A DNA stretch of 63,393 nucleotides, filler included, from Choristocarpus tenellus KU-1152 (GCA_964200185.2; 14 parts of 14 records of this genome joined end to end with filler, not necessarily neighbours in it); one strand, 5' to 3'. Shown: positions 13,645 through 26,800, numbered from the whole stretch's first letter. The notes: generated by a model from the sequence alone, not told the origin. Numbers and translations are program-made.

Positions 13645-13904
13645 GAGTCAAAGTATCTTAGAGGGTGCAGCCGCGTCCGTTTGGCGGCCAAAACCAATGT
13701 TGAAAATTTGATGTAATTTTGGCTATCATATTTGTTAGGAAGTGTCATTATCCTTGTTCCAGACACACCGTTTGATAACATATACTTTTACCTACTCCAA
13801 ATGATTTTGGAGTAGGTAAAATGTCATTAAAAAAAACCCGTGCGAATCCAAGCATCATATGGACAAACAGGGCAAAACCCCTACCGTCTAATATACTTTC
13901 ACTC
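13645..13904 (+). mobile_element. MITE family A
   Basis: Full-length copy with both TIRs; 3-bp TSD TAT. Confidence 0.9.
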
Positions 13905-14058
13905 TATGTTCCGAAGATGCTCGTCGAACAGAATTTATTCATACTTTTGCTGTGTTGTGTCCATCGACACAATCTAGCGTAGAATGGGAAATTATGTCGC
14001 GGTTTATGTCTTATAGTCCTATCCGCCTCCTCCTAACCCTATGTTACAAGCCCTGCTT

Positions 14059-14459
14059 GAGCCGAAGTATATTAGAGGGTACAGCCGCGTCCATTTGGTG
14101 GCCAAAATCCAATGTTGCAATTTTGATGTAATTTTGGCTATTGTGTGTGTTTAGGAAGTGCTAATATCGATATTCTGGACACACCTTCTAATAACATACA
14201 CCCACAGAGGCAAGTCAGTACTGCAGTTGTTTCCATCCCCAATGACTCATCGATCAAGGCAACAGCCAACTTCCTTACACATTTTACACACTCCAAAATA
14301 TTTTGGAGTAGGAAAATGTCATTAAAAAACCCATGGGAAGAGTCAAAGTATCTTAGAGGGTAGAGCTGCGTCCATTTGGGGCCCAAAATCCATTGTTGCA
14401 ATTTTGATGTAATTTGGACCATCGTGTTTTTTAGGAGATGTCAATATCCTTGTTCCAGG
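14059..14459 (+). mobile_element. Two nested/tandem MITE family A copies (starts at 14059 and 14340), the first with a ~75-bp foreign insert
   Basis: Left TIR GAGCCGAAGTATATTAGAGGG at 14059; a second left TIR GAGTCAAAGTATCTTAGAGGG at 14340 interrupts the first copy and runs to the contig end. Confidence 0.8.
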
Positions 14460-14719
14460 NNNNNNNNNNNNNNNNNNNNNNNNNNNNNNNNNNNNNNNNN
14501 NNNTTAATTAATTAANNNNNNNNNNNNNNNNNNNNNNNNNNNNNNNNNNNNNNNNNNNNATCCCCCAGATACTTTGGTTCTTATATTTTCTGAGTCTCTA
14601 CTAGTAATGGACATAGACACCATAAGCAGTATCAAGGAAGCATATCCAGAGCCAGACCTCATAACTAACCCCACATTCCACACTTAGTCTCACCTCTCTT
14701 TGGTCACTATGGGTTCTTT

Positions 14720-15600
14720 CGCGTGTTATGTTGCGGCTGTTTCGGCTTTCTCATTGCTCTAGACGTCTATGAATTGGCTGACTCCATCCTTCACACTCCT
14801 GCACCATGTGTCGGGGTCTAACACAACCATACCCCCTACCCCCCTTTTCACCTCGAATAACGAAGGACTCAATATCATCTTTGAGGCACCACCACCTGTT
14901 TTTCTCAACTTTCCCCATATTCTTATTCATTTTCCTAGCTGTAAGTTCCCTGGACGCGAAGCGTTCTTGGGCAAGTAAGCATTGTCCATGCGCTCCACGA
15001 AACCGACAAACAGCGGCCTCTAAAAATATACTCACTTCCCTACATGACAAGAAGTGATCCATACTTTCCGTTTACAAAACCCAACGCAGTGCTGGACGAT
15101 CTTGTAGTGCTGGATACGGAGCTGGGTGTATCAGTCTATTCTGAGTGTCTACATCACACAGCCATACAGCAGAACTTCGAGCACTTCGGTCTTGTGCACC
15201 CAAATCTTCACGTTAAGTAAGGGATACGCCAACTGCTGGATTTTTCGATGAAGACGTTTTCTCCGTCGTGTAGTCCTTTACTGTAATTCATGAAGCACCC
15301 TTGTGCACACACCCGTTAGATCTGGTAGTGGATCTCCGTGTTGAAGTTGGCATCATCACTGATTTAACTTCTGAGATAGACAAACTTGTTCAGTCTGCTT
15401 GTACGTTCGCCCTGCAACCTCAATCTGCGTTTCCTCTGATCACTCACGGTATTATCCAGAGGCGATAGTTTCCGTCTTCTCCCCTCAAAATGTCAGTCGA
15501 AATCCATCGTACACAGTTAGGGTCGCATTCACCGTTTTGTCCAAGCTCTCGTGAGCCCGCGACACAGTGCCCACATCATTGGGATAGGGCTTCAATTCAT
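14720..15600 (-). mobile_element. Decayed RTE-clade non-LTR retrotransposon (RT C-terminal region)
   Basis: Minus-strand translation across frameshifts gives QIEVAGRTYKQTEQ.VYL..DDANFNTEIH...KIWVHKTEVLEVLLYGCV*TL...FVGFVERMDNAYLPK...WWCLKDDIESF, matching the RTE 'F.YLG / LLYG.E.W / R.PK / W.D' motifs. Confidence 0.8.
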
Positions 15601-16208
15601 AAATGGTAGTAACCGTCAAGATATGCGTTTCCTTACCCTACTCTCCCTTCTCCAATGAACTGGTATTTCTTGTGAGCATATATATCCTGATGTAGACATA
15701 TTCTTCTTTGGGACACCACCTCTCACGCTGAGCTTCTTAACCACCGTGGTATGCATTGAGAATAGATACAGGTTGAGCAACAGGTATTATCATGGCGGGG
15801 AGGATATTAGTATGGGAAACGGTTCTATATACGAGATTGTGTATTTATTTTATGTTTATGAATGTGGATGAGGGTTTATGTCTTCGTTTATTTCAAGAAT
15901 AATCCGCAATCCACAACCAACAATTAATGGTGTGGAGGAAAGCGATTGGTTGAAAGAATATTAAGACCAACGGTTTCAGGTACAAATGCGTGCGCTTGCG
16001 CGCGCTTCCCTTGATCTCAAAAAGTGGTTGAAAGCAAGAGCATCTTTTGTCTTGTTCTCGACAAAGCAGGCCCTCCCTGCTGGGGCGCTGCTGCTCTCTA
16101 GCAACTGCAACGTATCGTTATCGTTATCCTACGTATAATCCAAGGGTTCGTACTCTATGCCGGGGTATTGGGTTCTTTGTCCTGTCGTCGACTGACCTAT
16201 CTTGAGAT

Positions 16209-16619
16209 ATGTCTTCTAGCCTAACCCACTACCTCGGGACAGAGGCCGAGGGAATGAGTCCTGATGCTGCAGCAGGAATACTCGTGGACAGACTGAAGAA
16301 TGCTGGGGATCTGGGTGATCGACGTGACGCCCTTGAGGCTCTATTGGGTCTCTCAGAGACGCACCCTGCTGAGGTTGGTCAGGCGGGCATGCCCGTCTTC
16401 ACTGACATACTTCAGGCTGGCATTGCCGACGGTTCTATGTCGCAGACCATAATCGAAATCATGCTCAACCTTGTGACAGGGCGGGGGGTAGAGGGTACAG
16501 GAGGGGGTCCAGGGATCGCAAGCAATATTGCTGCCATCCTCATGGACATCCAGAACGTGCAGAATCTACTTGACTTGCTGGAGAGTCCAGACACCCTCAC
16601 AGCTCTGTCCGCTGTGCAG
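16209..16619 (+). CDS. USO1: General vesicular transport factor p115/Uso1, exon 1
   Basis: LVDRLKNAGDLGDRRDALEALLGLSETHPAEVGQAGMPVFTDIL matches the p115 N-terminal armadillo head; ends CAG|GT (phase 0). Confidence 0.9.
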
Positions 16620-16865
16620 GTAAATATCGCATTTGACTATCGGCCAATTTCTGAGTGCAACAATTGGAAACGATATAATCAAGCTCCGGTAGGTGGATTT
16701 GTTTGATCTGTTTGTCACACAGCCCAGCATACGCCCAAACCGAAATACCTCAACGAACTTTCAACCCCCCATTTACTGGACCGCACTTTGTCTACCACCC
16801 ACTGACATTGTTCCCTGCCTTCGCTCCTCGGGAACGTCCCTGGGGGAATCGATCGGTGCATGAAG

Positions 16866-17009
16866 GTACTGCAGGAGTTACAGGGCGTAGCTGCTCACTC
16901 ATTGGAGACATCGATTCTGGAGTGCCATGCCAGTATGCAGGCATTGATGGAGGCGCTGAGGGACCCGAGGGAAGAAGTGCGGAATGAAGTAATCTTACTA
17001 TTGGGAAAG
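16866..17009 (+). CDS. USO1: p115/Uso1 exon 2
   Basis: VLQELQGVAAHSLETSILECHASMQALMEALRDPREEVRNEVILLLGK, matching p115 'LMDLL.D.REVIRND.LLLL'; alternative acceptor at 16875. Confidence 0.88.
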
Positions 17010-17574
17010 GTGGGTGTGTAGGACCGTTGTTCAGTTCTTTTCCGGACCAAGACGATACCTGACCATTCTAGGATCAGACTCAAAGAGTATTCTTTCCCTA
17101 GCATGATTCCATGTCTGCAAGATACGACATTTCCACGGTGCACCACGGTTTTCTTGGGAAAATGTGGCTGATTGATGGGGAAGCAAAGTATGCTTGGGTG
17201 AGTCCAAGGGGGGGGTTCTAGGTCCGAATGGTAGGGGTGATGGGCTCTCCAAGTCAAGCTGTGTCCGACTGGAGAACAGGCTGCGGTGCAGTGTGAAACA
17301 CTATCCTGGAGTTGTGGGTGGAGCCCAAATAATGCCAAACCTTGCCAGAATCGCCAGTTTCAGTCCCTGCCCCTTGAGCTGACCATAAGCCCAGCCCCTC
17401 ATCCCAACCCTAATCCTCATGCTCCCTCTGACCCTGGCCCTGACCTGGGCCTGCCTTGCCTGTCTCATCTATACTTAAACCATCAGTTTCCCATCTTACC
17501 CTGCTACATTTTCTGTGCGTACGTCATGTATCTATTTTTTGTGTATATATCTGCGTAAATTTTCCTTGGCATAG

Positions 17575-17742
17575 TTGACAGCAACAAACCACGAGGTGAA
17601 AAAATTTGTGGCATTTCAGGAGGGCTTTGAGCGGCTCTTTTCCATTATGAGGGAAGAGGGCATGCTGGAGGGTGGAGGGGTGATCGTCAAAGACTGCTTG
17701 GACGTGTGTCTTAATCTTATGATGGGGTCTTCGGTTACACAG
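17575..17742 (+). CDS. USO1: p115/Uso1 exon 3
   Basis: LTATNHEVKKFVAFQEGFERLFSIMREEGMLEGGGVIVKDCL, matching p115 'IQKIVAFENAFERLLDII.EEG..DGGIVVEDCL'; AG/GT bounded, 168 nt. Confidence 0.92.
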
Positions 17743-18108
17743 GTGAAAACCATGTGTTGCCACAGGAACTATGCATGATGCTATGTTATGGTATGAGTAT
17801 GATTCTGTTTCGAAGTGTCATTAGTGTGGGTGCATCTAGACACCTCAACGCATGCAGAAATGACCTCTATTTGTTGCTATGCGTCAAAGTATGAGGTGAT
17901 TAATCTGCAGTTGTTAATATCTCTCGTAAGGGCATGTTTTCACCTCCACAGAGCATGCGTCATACTTGCCAACCTCCTGGCCGTATGCATATCAACCCTA
18001 CGAAACCCACCAGATCCATGTTGATGATCCAGCCCTACCCTGTAATTATTCTGTCTCTATAGTGACCCTTTCAATTTTGGACGATAAATATATCTATCTT
18101 GCCTGTAG

Positions 18109-18255
18109 CTTCTCTTTTGTCAGAGTGGCTGTCTTAATGTGCTCCATGAGCTGTTCGATGTGCGAGTGTTGGTTGATACGGGAATGAGGGAGAATGGAAA
18201 CAGGGAGGATTTCAATGACTTCTCAGGCGTTGGAGAGAATGGTGCCGATGAGGAG
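18109..18255 (+). CDS. USO1: p115/Uso1 exon 4
   Basis: AG/GT bounded 147-nt phase-0 exon: LLFCQSGCLNVLHELFDVRVLVDTGMRENGNREDFNDFSGVGENGADEE. Confidence 0.7.
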
Positions 18256-19274
18256 GTATGTCTTGATGTTGGGCAGTGCAGAGCTTTTAGGGTGAGGTCC
18301 TAGGGAATTGAAGATATAGCCAGTGTCCTGTGTAGCATAAATGCACTTGGTAGAGGCAGATGAGGTGCTAGTTGGTGTGCACCCCAATCAACAATGAGGT
18401 TTAATGGGGGTTGTTTTTGAGCCACACTCTCTAGGATTAAGGTTAGAGTTCCTACTCATGTCTGTTCAGTCACACTATAGGATGGGACAAGTGGATTTAG
18501 GTTTGAGACCATTCCATCGAACAGGATGGCAATAGAGACAAGTCACTGATTACCATTGTGGCAGGAGCTTCGTACCCCTTCCCCCCTCTCCCTCCCACTG
18601 TCATTAGTTGATGCGTGTTTTGAGAGAATGCATACCTGACCACAATCACCTCTCTCAACCCAAGCCTTGATTAACCCCAGGCATGCCTTGAAATGTCCCC
18701 TAAATTTAGACTACACGCTCTGAGGACAGCATGCTTCTTGAACCTCCTATGCAAGGATCAAAAGTCCTTTTGATGGTCTATTCTATTTGCTGGTGTCGCC
18801 TAAAAATTGCAAAAAAAAGGGATGAACATGTCTTGAATCAGGGGCTGCTGCAGTTGTATAGTACAGATGCCCTAAAATGATAGAAGATGTATTAATCGAT
18901 TTTGTAGAGGGTTTGAACACATTTTTGATGCGACATATGATGCAAGAGAAGCACTGCTAGAAAGGAGTACCGCCACAGGTGTTTATCAGAGAGCAGGGAC
19001 TGTGCTGTACGAAATGTGTTAGAAAAAACTATTATTTTTCCTGTTTTCACTTGAACCAATTCAATCAAATATCGTTCACGCATACTTCATGGAAGATGTG
19101 GAATGCCTGAAGATATAGACAATATTTAGCTCAATTATTGATATTGGGACATGAAATATAACCCCTGACTTTACTCTTGCCTCCCCCCCCCTCCCTTTTG
19201 TCCTCCAACATCCAATGACAATTCTCCATACTAGTATTCATCAGCACTTCTGTGTACCCTTGCCATCCTTCCAG

Positions 19275-19664
19275 GTGATCCCCCTGATGACAGACCTGCA
19301 GTCTGATATCGTCTCCAAGGCTGTAGAAATCCTTTTGGTCCTCCTTGAGGTAGGTGGTGGAGAGGGGGCTGAAGAGTCTCAGGGGCAAGAAAAGGAACAG
19401 CGCTGGTTCACCCACAGCTCCAATGGAGATGCTGGTGTAAGGGCTGTTGCTGGGGGTGGGGGTGGGGGTGGGGGGCACAGGGAAAAGAGCCAGTCTGCTG
19501 TTGCAGGTGCAGCATCTGGGCTCCTGGTGGAGCTTTTGGTGCATGTCGCCTTTTCTCGGGCTGAGCCGTATTGTCTAGTGCCACTCAATTGCCGGCGGAA
19601 GGCAGTCAGGGTGATGGGGGCTGTGGTGGAAGGATGCCAGGATAATCAGCATCTTGTGGGAGAG
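19275..19664 (+). CDS. USO1: p115/Uso1 exon 5 (gene continues beyond contig)
   Basis: 390-nt phase-0 exon VIPLMTDLQSDIVSKAVEILLVLL...RKAVRVMGAVVEGCQDNQHLVGE, an ARM-like helical repeat. Confidence 0.75.
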
Positions 19665-19880
19665 GTTTGTTAATATGTTGGTGTTGGTGTTGGTGTTGAT
19701 GTTGATGTTGTGTTATGTTCTGTTGTGTTATGTGTGTTGGTCTTGTAAAAAAATCGGAGAAGGTACGATGAAGTAGAATGGGGTGGGTATTGAGTTGATT
19801 TTGTTGTTTGTGTGAATGTGTGTGTGAGTGAGTGTGTGTAGTCTGTTGTTGGCCTCTTTTGAGTTTTGAAGTGGAAAAGA

Positions 19881-20344
19881 GTTAGGTGTTGTGCTTACAG
19901 TTACAGCCTACCAAGAAGTTAAGAGTTAAGTGTTGTACCTACAGTTATAGCCTACCAAGAAGTTAAAAGTTAAGTGTTGTACTCTCAGTTATAGCCTACC
20001 AAGAAGTTAAAAGTTAAGTGTTGTACTTACAGTTACAGCCTACCAAGAAGTTAAGAGTTAAGTGTTGTACTTACAGTTACAGCCTACCAAGAAGTTAAGA
20101 GTTACGTGTTGTACTTACAGTTATAGCCTACCAAGAAGTTAAAAGTTAAGTGTTGTACTTACAGTTACAGCCTACCAAGAAGTTAAGAGTTAAGTGTTGT
20201 ACTTACAGTTACAGCCTACCAAGAAGTTAAGAGTTAAGTGTTGTACTTACAGTTACAGTCTACCAAGAAGTTAAGAGTTAAGTGTTGTACTTACAGTTAT
20301 AGTCTACCAAGAAGTTAAGAGTTAAGTGTTGTACTTACAGTTAC
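19881..20344 (+). repeat. 44-bp minisatellite, ~10.5 copies (intronic)
   Basis: Unit GTTAAGTGTTGTACTTACAGTTACAGCCTACCAAGAAGTTAAGA repeated head-to-tail with no spacers. Confidence 0.95.
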
Positions 20345-21579
20345 GGCTTCGATACTTCCGCTTTAATTTTTGTTCTGAAGGGGGAGGAAGGGTGTGGGAG
20401 TACGGGTTTTCTGCCTGGAAAGTGGTTGTAGGTTGTCCATTAATAGCTGTTTCTGTCCTAAAAAGGGCATTACACTGTAGGTCTGTTTGTTGAGATGATT
20501 CTGTGCTGGTTTTTGTGTTCGTTGTTACGTCTGTCGAAAACCATCCCTGTTCAGTTTTGCTTTGTTCAAGGTGTTGGAGTGTGGAGGATGGTGGGACAAG
20601 TCAGCACCAAATTTAGCGCATGTTTCTCTTTTATAACTTTCTCTTTTATAACTTTCACGGCAGGTGTTTTATTTCGATTCGCTGTGCCACTGGCACGGTG
20701 TTTATGTGTGTGTGTGTGTGTGTCTTTTTTTAGAGGAATTGGGTCAGGTTTTCTGTCCTAACCCTATCTCAACTATTTTTCTTAAATGATCGAGACAAGA
20801 TGCAAAGAGGGTGTATGCCGTGAGGCCTAACTTATTGTTTTGTTGTGTGGCAAAGTGAGTACTCAAAAGGATATTTCACTCAACTGCTCTTCCAACCCTG
20901 CTCCTAACCCTATCTATACCCCTAATCCTATCTTTACCCCTGACCCTTTCTATATCATCGGCTCCTTTAACCCTTGCTTGAACAGTTTTATGTACTCAGG
21001 TGCTGTATTATAACCCCCCGTCCTTTCAAAACTGAATGGCTTAAAAAAATGTTTTCACTTGTTTTCAACCTTTTTTTTAGTATGACTCTTGAAAACTGGA
21101 ACCTTCCAAGTCAATAGGTAGTACGAATATAAATCTATGTTTAAAAGGACTGACTGAGAACTATCACACACTAGAATTCTTTATATCTCTGGTTAACAAT
21201 TAAGGTACTACCATTGTACACATACATATGCTTCTTTATATCCCCTGTCCTTGGGCATATTCGTTGAATCATTCCNNNNNNNNNNNNNNNNNNNNNNNNN
21301 NNNNNNNNNNNNNNNNNNNTTAATTAATTAANNNNNNNNNNNNNNNNNNNNNNNNNNNNNNNNNNNNNNNNNNNNAGAATGAAACCATGGAATCTCTTCA
21401 CGAGGCTAATCCCACAGACTTGGGACAGCTCGTCATTCAGAGTTATCACACATGGAAGGTCCACTTTGTTCTCATGTCTTGACTTGTGGTGATAAAGCCC
21501 CTTCTTTGAAGATGCTCATCACACCTCGTTTTGCACTTGTCTAGCCTTAACCTCGTACCCTTGGTTACGGTTCATTTTT

Positions 21580-21833
21580 GAGCCAAAGTATCTTAGAGGG
21601 TAGAGCGGTGTCCATTTGGGGTCAAAATCCAATGTTGTGATTTTGATGTAATTTTGGCTATCGTGTTTGTTAGTTTCAATATCCTTGTTCCAGACATACC
21701 TTTTCATAAAGTGTACATTTTACCTACTCCTAAACATTTTGGAGTAGGAAAATGTCATTAAAAAAAACGTGGGAAGCCAAGCACTAAAGGGGCAAACAGG
21801 GCAAAACTCGTACCCTCTAAGATATTTTTACTC
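21580..21833 (+). mobile_element. MITE family A
   Basis: Full-length copy with both TIRs. Confidence 0.9.
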
Positions 21834-21873
21834 TATGTTCGTCTGGTCCGTCTTGCTCGGTGATTCTCTTCGC

Positions 21874-21978
21874 CACCCTTACTTGAGTGAATCACGCCGC
21901 CACAGAATCACACGATTCACATTGACGACACCGCTGAGATTCGAACTCATGTGTGCGAAGCACACAAACTTAGCAAAT
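21874..21978 (-). mobile_element. tRNA-Ser(GCT)-derived SINE head (5'-truncated) plus body
   Basis: Minus strand reads ...GCTAA-GTTTG-TGTGCTTCGCACA (variable arm)-CATGAGTTCGAATCTCAG (T arm/B box)-CGGTGTCG. The adjacent body (tgagtgaa.cacgccgccacagaatcacac) recurs at 24035-24082. Confidence 0.65.
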
Positions 21979-23360
21979 ATATGTGGAAATTGAAACGAGG
22001 TCTGCGATGACGTTGAAATAGAACAAATACAGACCCTACATAAAAACAGTTGAAAAAAGAAAACTATAGATACAACTCTCCACCCTCTATTACTTCAATA
22101 GTGAGATAGAGTCAAATTGTGGAGTGTACATCTTTTTTCATATTTGCACATTTGAAGAATTATATTATAGTGCAGAAAAAAAATATTGTTCACCAAACCA
22201 CACACGTGACCAACCTCCACACTCGTTTACTCACCCAATAACCAAGACCAAGGAGCCTCACAAATATAGAGCATTCGTTGTCGTCGTTTGTGGAGAGGAC
22301 CATAACCATCGCACCGCAAAGGTAGGATGGCCACCCATCAGCTACTACGGGACCAGGCTAACACGGGAAATGAACTCGTGAACTCCAGAGGGGTAGACCC
22401 CGCGACATCCCAAGGGTAAGCCCAGGCCTCCATCACCGTTAGACATACTTCAGTTTAGCCTGGGCTTTCTATAATTACGGTAATGAGGCATTATCACTTG
22501 AAGAATTAATGTAGTTTTTTATATGATGTCATATGCTTCTCAAATCCAACTTTTACATCGGAATCAGAGACATGTGGTGTTCACCAGTTACACCGTAGCT
22601 CAGAACTGGTGACACACATGTCCTCCCTTCAACAGCACAACGAAACCTCTCGATGAAGAACGTTACATCCGATACATCAATCTCGATATGTATCGGTGAT
22701 TGACAATGTTCCTCCCGATATCTATAACCAACCCTAACCCTAACCCTTACCCCAACCCTAACCCTGTTTCTCAACCTCAACACCATTCCTGACCCTTACA
22801 ATGTCAATGTCATGCCAACACGTGTTTCACTCTTCCTTCATCAACTTATCTAATGCAACCTTTGGTGTACTTTATCATACGGCAAAGTACACAAAAAGTG
22901 GACGGTGCACAGACAAATATATTTGAAGGCACACTCCACCAATCCATCATCCTCCATTGTCCAACAAAATCAACCATAAGTCTTCCATTCGCTGTAGGGA
23001 AAGAGACACCAACTATGGTCCATGCATTCGGGGATGTATATGTAGAGGTACACTTCACCAAACGTTTGTTTTACCTTGTCCCAGAAACCAACCCTAGACC
23101 ATAATTTGCCGTATACAACAAAACACACTAATTGTAGTCAGTGCATACTCTAATATTTTCGGAGGTACAACCCACCAAACATTCGTCATTCCTCATCCAA
23201 AAAAAACGATCACAGCCTATAATCTGCCGTAGGACAAACCTCCTCAATTCGCATTGTCCTACGTGCTTTACGAAATGTTTCTATAAAAATTTTGATGTGG
23301 CACCACCCACAGCGTGAGAATCATCCATGTGCACTTCTCAATTGGCTGCAGACCGTCCGT

Positions 23361-23590
23361 TCACTCTACTGCTTCACTCACACCTTCAATCTCAAACATA
23401 ATTCTTCCGGGCGAAACTCTTACAGCAAAATATTCCAGAGATCCCTTTCCTTTACCCATACGCACTTCATTAGGCTTTTTAGAAACAGGTAGATCAGGGA
23501 ATATTCTGATAAAAAATCGCCTTCTATTTTGCATAAGTTTGCCAACCGTCAAACTGATGCAAAACTCCAAGCTCTTAATTTTTTTCCCAT
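23361..23590 (-). pseudogene. rpl16: Ribosomal protein L16 fragment, probably a mitochondrial insertion (NUMT)
   Basis: [44 protein letters not shown] is the L16 signature; intronless, AT-rich codons, internal deletion after ...[13 protein letters not shown], premature stop. Confidence 0.85.
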
Positions 23591-25739
23591 GTCAACATCT
23601 GCCATATTCCAATTACTTGTTTCAGGAATAGCTAGGACAGACCATCCCAAAATATTTTGCATCGCATCGAATCGGTCACAATACGCTGCCTGGATACTAA
23701 CCCTGACTTCAACACGTATCACCCCTGCCCGTACACACACCAACAATATATCCCTTAGGATTGGACGGATAGGGATGGCAGACCGCACAATAACACTTTT
23801 ACAAAACTTCTAAGCATCAACACATTCAGAAGCCAGGAGATTGTTCACCTTCCAGCTTACAAGATCGACCGCACGGGACGACACAACCCACGCGTCCCCA
23901 ACCTCAGCGGCATAAAGTCCATGCACAGGTTCTTNNNNNNNNNNNNNNNNNNNNNNNNNNNNNNNNNNNNNNNNNNNNTTAATTAATTAANNNNNNNNNN
24001 NNNNNNNNNNNNNNNNNNNNNNNNNNNNNNNNNNCACCCTTGCCTGAGTGAACCACGCCGCCACAGAATCACACTATTCACACAGAGGGCATAATAATAA
24101 TAATAATAATAATAGCTACAACCTCAACACCTTTGTAGTGGAAAGTTTGGGGCGTCTCGCTAAGCAACCAGAACGTTTTTGGACAAATTGGCTACGTGCG
24201 TGGTATGGGGGAGAGGGGCGGAAGGTACAGGAGGAAAGGAGTTGCCAAATCCTGTTTACGACAGATAGTGTCATCTTTCACACCACAAGTGGCTCTATCG
24301 AAACGTGTCATGCGTTTTACTACAAAATAAGTAATCTAAATTTAAACTGAAACACTAAAGGCTTTCCTTTCTACCACCAGATCTCAATAAAACATGATCT
24401 GATTGTTTTTCAATTTGATTTCCCAATCATATTATAAGAGAATTCAAATTGTGAGTTACGCCACATACGACACAACTAAAAATGAACCACCTCATCATTA
24501 CACGAATCAAATGAAGGATGATAGTGAGGAACAGTAGTATTGATGTTATGTGTGCAGGTAACAATAGGAATATCTACTTTTGTATTATAGATCCTTACTG
24601 TCCCTGTAATCTTGTAATGACGCACATCTACAAAATGAGTTATCTGTACACACCAAACTATGGATACCTGTCTATAACTATAGACCTCCACCTTCTCTTC
24701 TACCTGTAAATCCAACCATTTGCCATATTATTGAGAGGATGGTTGATGACCCAGAATGTGATTTGCGGCTAATTAAGTTGTCGTCTGGATCGCTGGCTTT
24801 TGATGCCCTTCATTGAAACATGGAACGTTATAAATACTAACATGGTATGATTCATTCGTTCAAAAAAGATTTGTGAAATGAAATGATCCTCCCTCCACCT
24901 CTATTTACCCGCAATAATGCGAAAATATATGTATATACGAAGCATTTTTCGCTGAAGATATACTGATCTTATGGACTAATCGTTACAATACTACATGGAG
25001 GTATTGTAGTCAACAGAACGCAGGTATTATTGATCTGACAGAACAAGTCTTCAAGGATAGCAACCACCTGCCAACCAAAAATAGTGTTTTTGCTCTGTGT
25101 CACGCCATCCAGACCACCTTCAAATCCACCTTCCTCGAGCCTCCCCCTTCCTGTCACAATACAAGGCGAGCAACAGACAGGGGAGAAAAGGATGGCATAT
25201 TCACTGGGATCATTGTCATCTATCTTGGTCCCATGGTATTCTGGCAATTTACCCACACCATCATCCTCAAGTGTAATTGCTTAGGCCCTAAACTACATCC
25301 CCATCAGCTTCACCCTAATGTCCAACACCAAGGTTCCGATTATATCCTTCTCCTTCTATTATGTATGTGAGTACTCCAGATGTATGGTGGCACTGTTGTT
25401 GGTAGTGGTTGGTTGGGGCTGATCGTCTTGCCTCAAGTCTGGCCAACGCTTTCCTGAAGTCGCAGTCTAACAAAACTTCCTCACTTCTTTGTCCTTCTTG
25501 TTGTTAGACGCCCACACTACCTGTAATTCTCAGGAGCTTTGTAAAGCAACGAGCATTGTGACATGGTTTGTGCCTATTGTCGATATTGAATTGTTGTTGA
25601 TATCGGGTACCAGGACACACTTAACAGATTCCATTCCATTCACAGTGAGCTTTCCAGTAATGAATCGGATGGCACTTCATTCGGCTGTCATTTGCATTTT
25701 TTGGGAGGTTGTGAATTACTGCACCACAGCGGTTGCATC

Positions 25740-26005
25740 GAGTGAATGTATCTTAGAGGGTACGAGTTTTGCCCAGTTTGTCCGTCTTTTGACTTGGCTT
25801 TCCACAGGTTTTTTGTTACATTTTCCTACTCCGAAACATTTCGGATTTCGGAGTAGGTAAAATGTGTATGTTCTGAAAAGGTGTGTCCGGAACAAGGATA
25901 TTGACACTTCCTAACAAACACGATAGCCAAAATTGCATCAAAATCGCAACATTGGATTTTGGTCCCCAAATGGACGCGACTCTACCCTCTAAGATACTTT
26001 GACTC
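25740..26005 (-). mobile_element. MITE family A
   Basis: Both TIRs present; 3-bp TSD ATC (25737-25739 and 26006-26008). Confidence 0.9.
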
Positions 26006-26547
26006 ATCACTACTGTCTTGCACACATATACGAGAGCACAGAATACCTGTATTTTGTACTTTGGAGCTTCCGCCCTGTTGTGGTTAGAACCACTATAAAT
26101 AGTACCTTGAATTAGTCTTTTTAATTTGATACAATCATGTAAGAAGAGTAAGCAGCACTGCGCTTCTGTCTATATCAACAAATTTTCCCTCAACCTATTG
26201 GGGTCCTCTATTGGAAACCTTTACAATTACTGGGAATTAAATTATTTATTAGGGCTAGATGTAATATACCTCCTTGACGCAATCATGATCCATCACTACC
26301 ATTGCCTACTCAATCTTCATCATTCCTCTCTAACTCGGAGTTGTGCCAATAATTTCAGGATGGCAAGTAACTTTATTTTCTGCTCAGTTTAAGTGACTAG
26401 AGAACGATTCCCCTCTTTGACGGGGGGGGGGCCACAAGCCAGTGGTATGTACCCTAGACAACTGCCTCTTGATAGAGATGAGAGTAACGACCTACCCAGG
26501 CTTATTATCATGGTACGAGCATATTATGTTGTTATCGACGATGATTC

Positions 26548-26800
26548 AAAGCGAGAGGTACCTAGAGTTACATTTTAACCATGCTGACAACTATCTCAAA
26601 GTTCGACTTTTATTCTAAATGTGTATATGTAGGATATTTTCTGAATCCCACCGAAATTTTTCAAACAATAATAATAGAGAAATCAACGCTCTCGAGACAA
26701 ACTTCGAACTTCATGCATAGAAAGATTAGTGGATTGCAAAAGATTGAAAAACTGGCATAAAATGAAAACGAGCAAACCTGGTTACCTCCTGTTTACTTTT
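26548..26800 (-). mobile_element. MITE family D copy
   Basis: Ends AAAGCGAGAGGTACCTAG ... GGTTACCTCCTGTTTACTTTT; homologous to 30583-30832. Confidence 0.6.

Noticed and set aside
19881-20344. Possible CRISPR array
   Set aside because: Units abut with no unique spacers, there are no cas genes, and the context is a eukaryotic intron.
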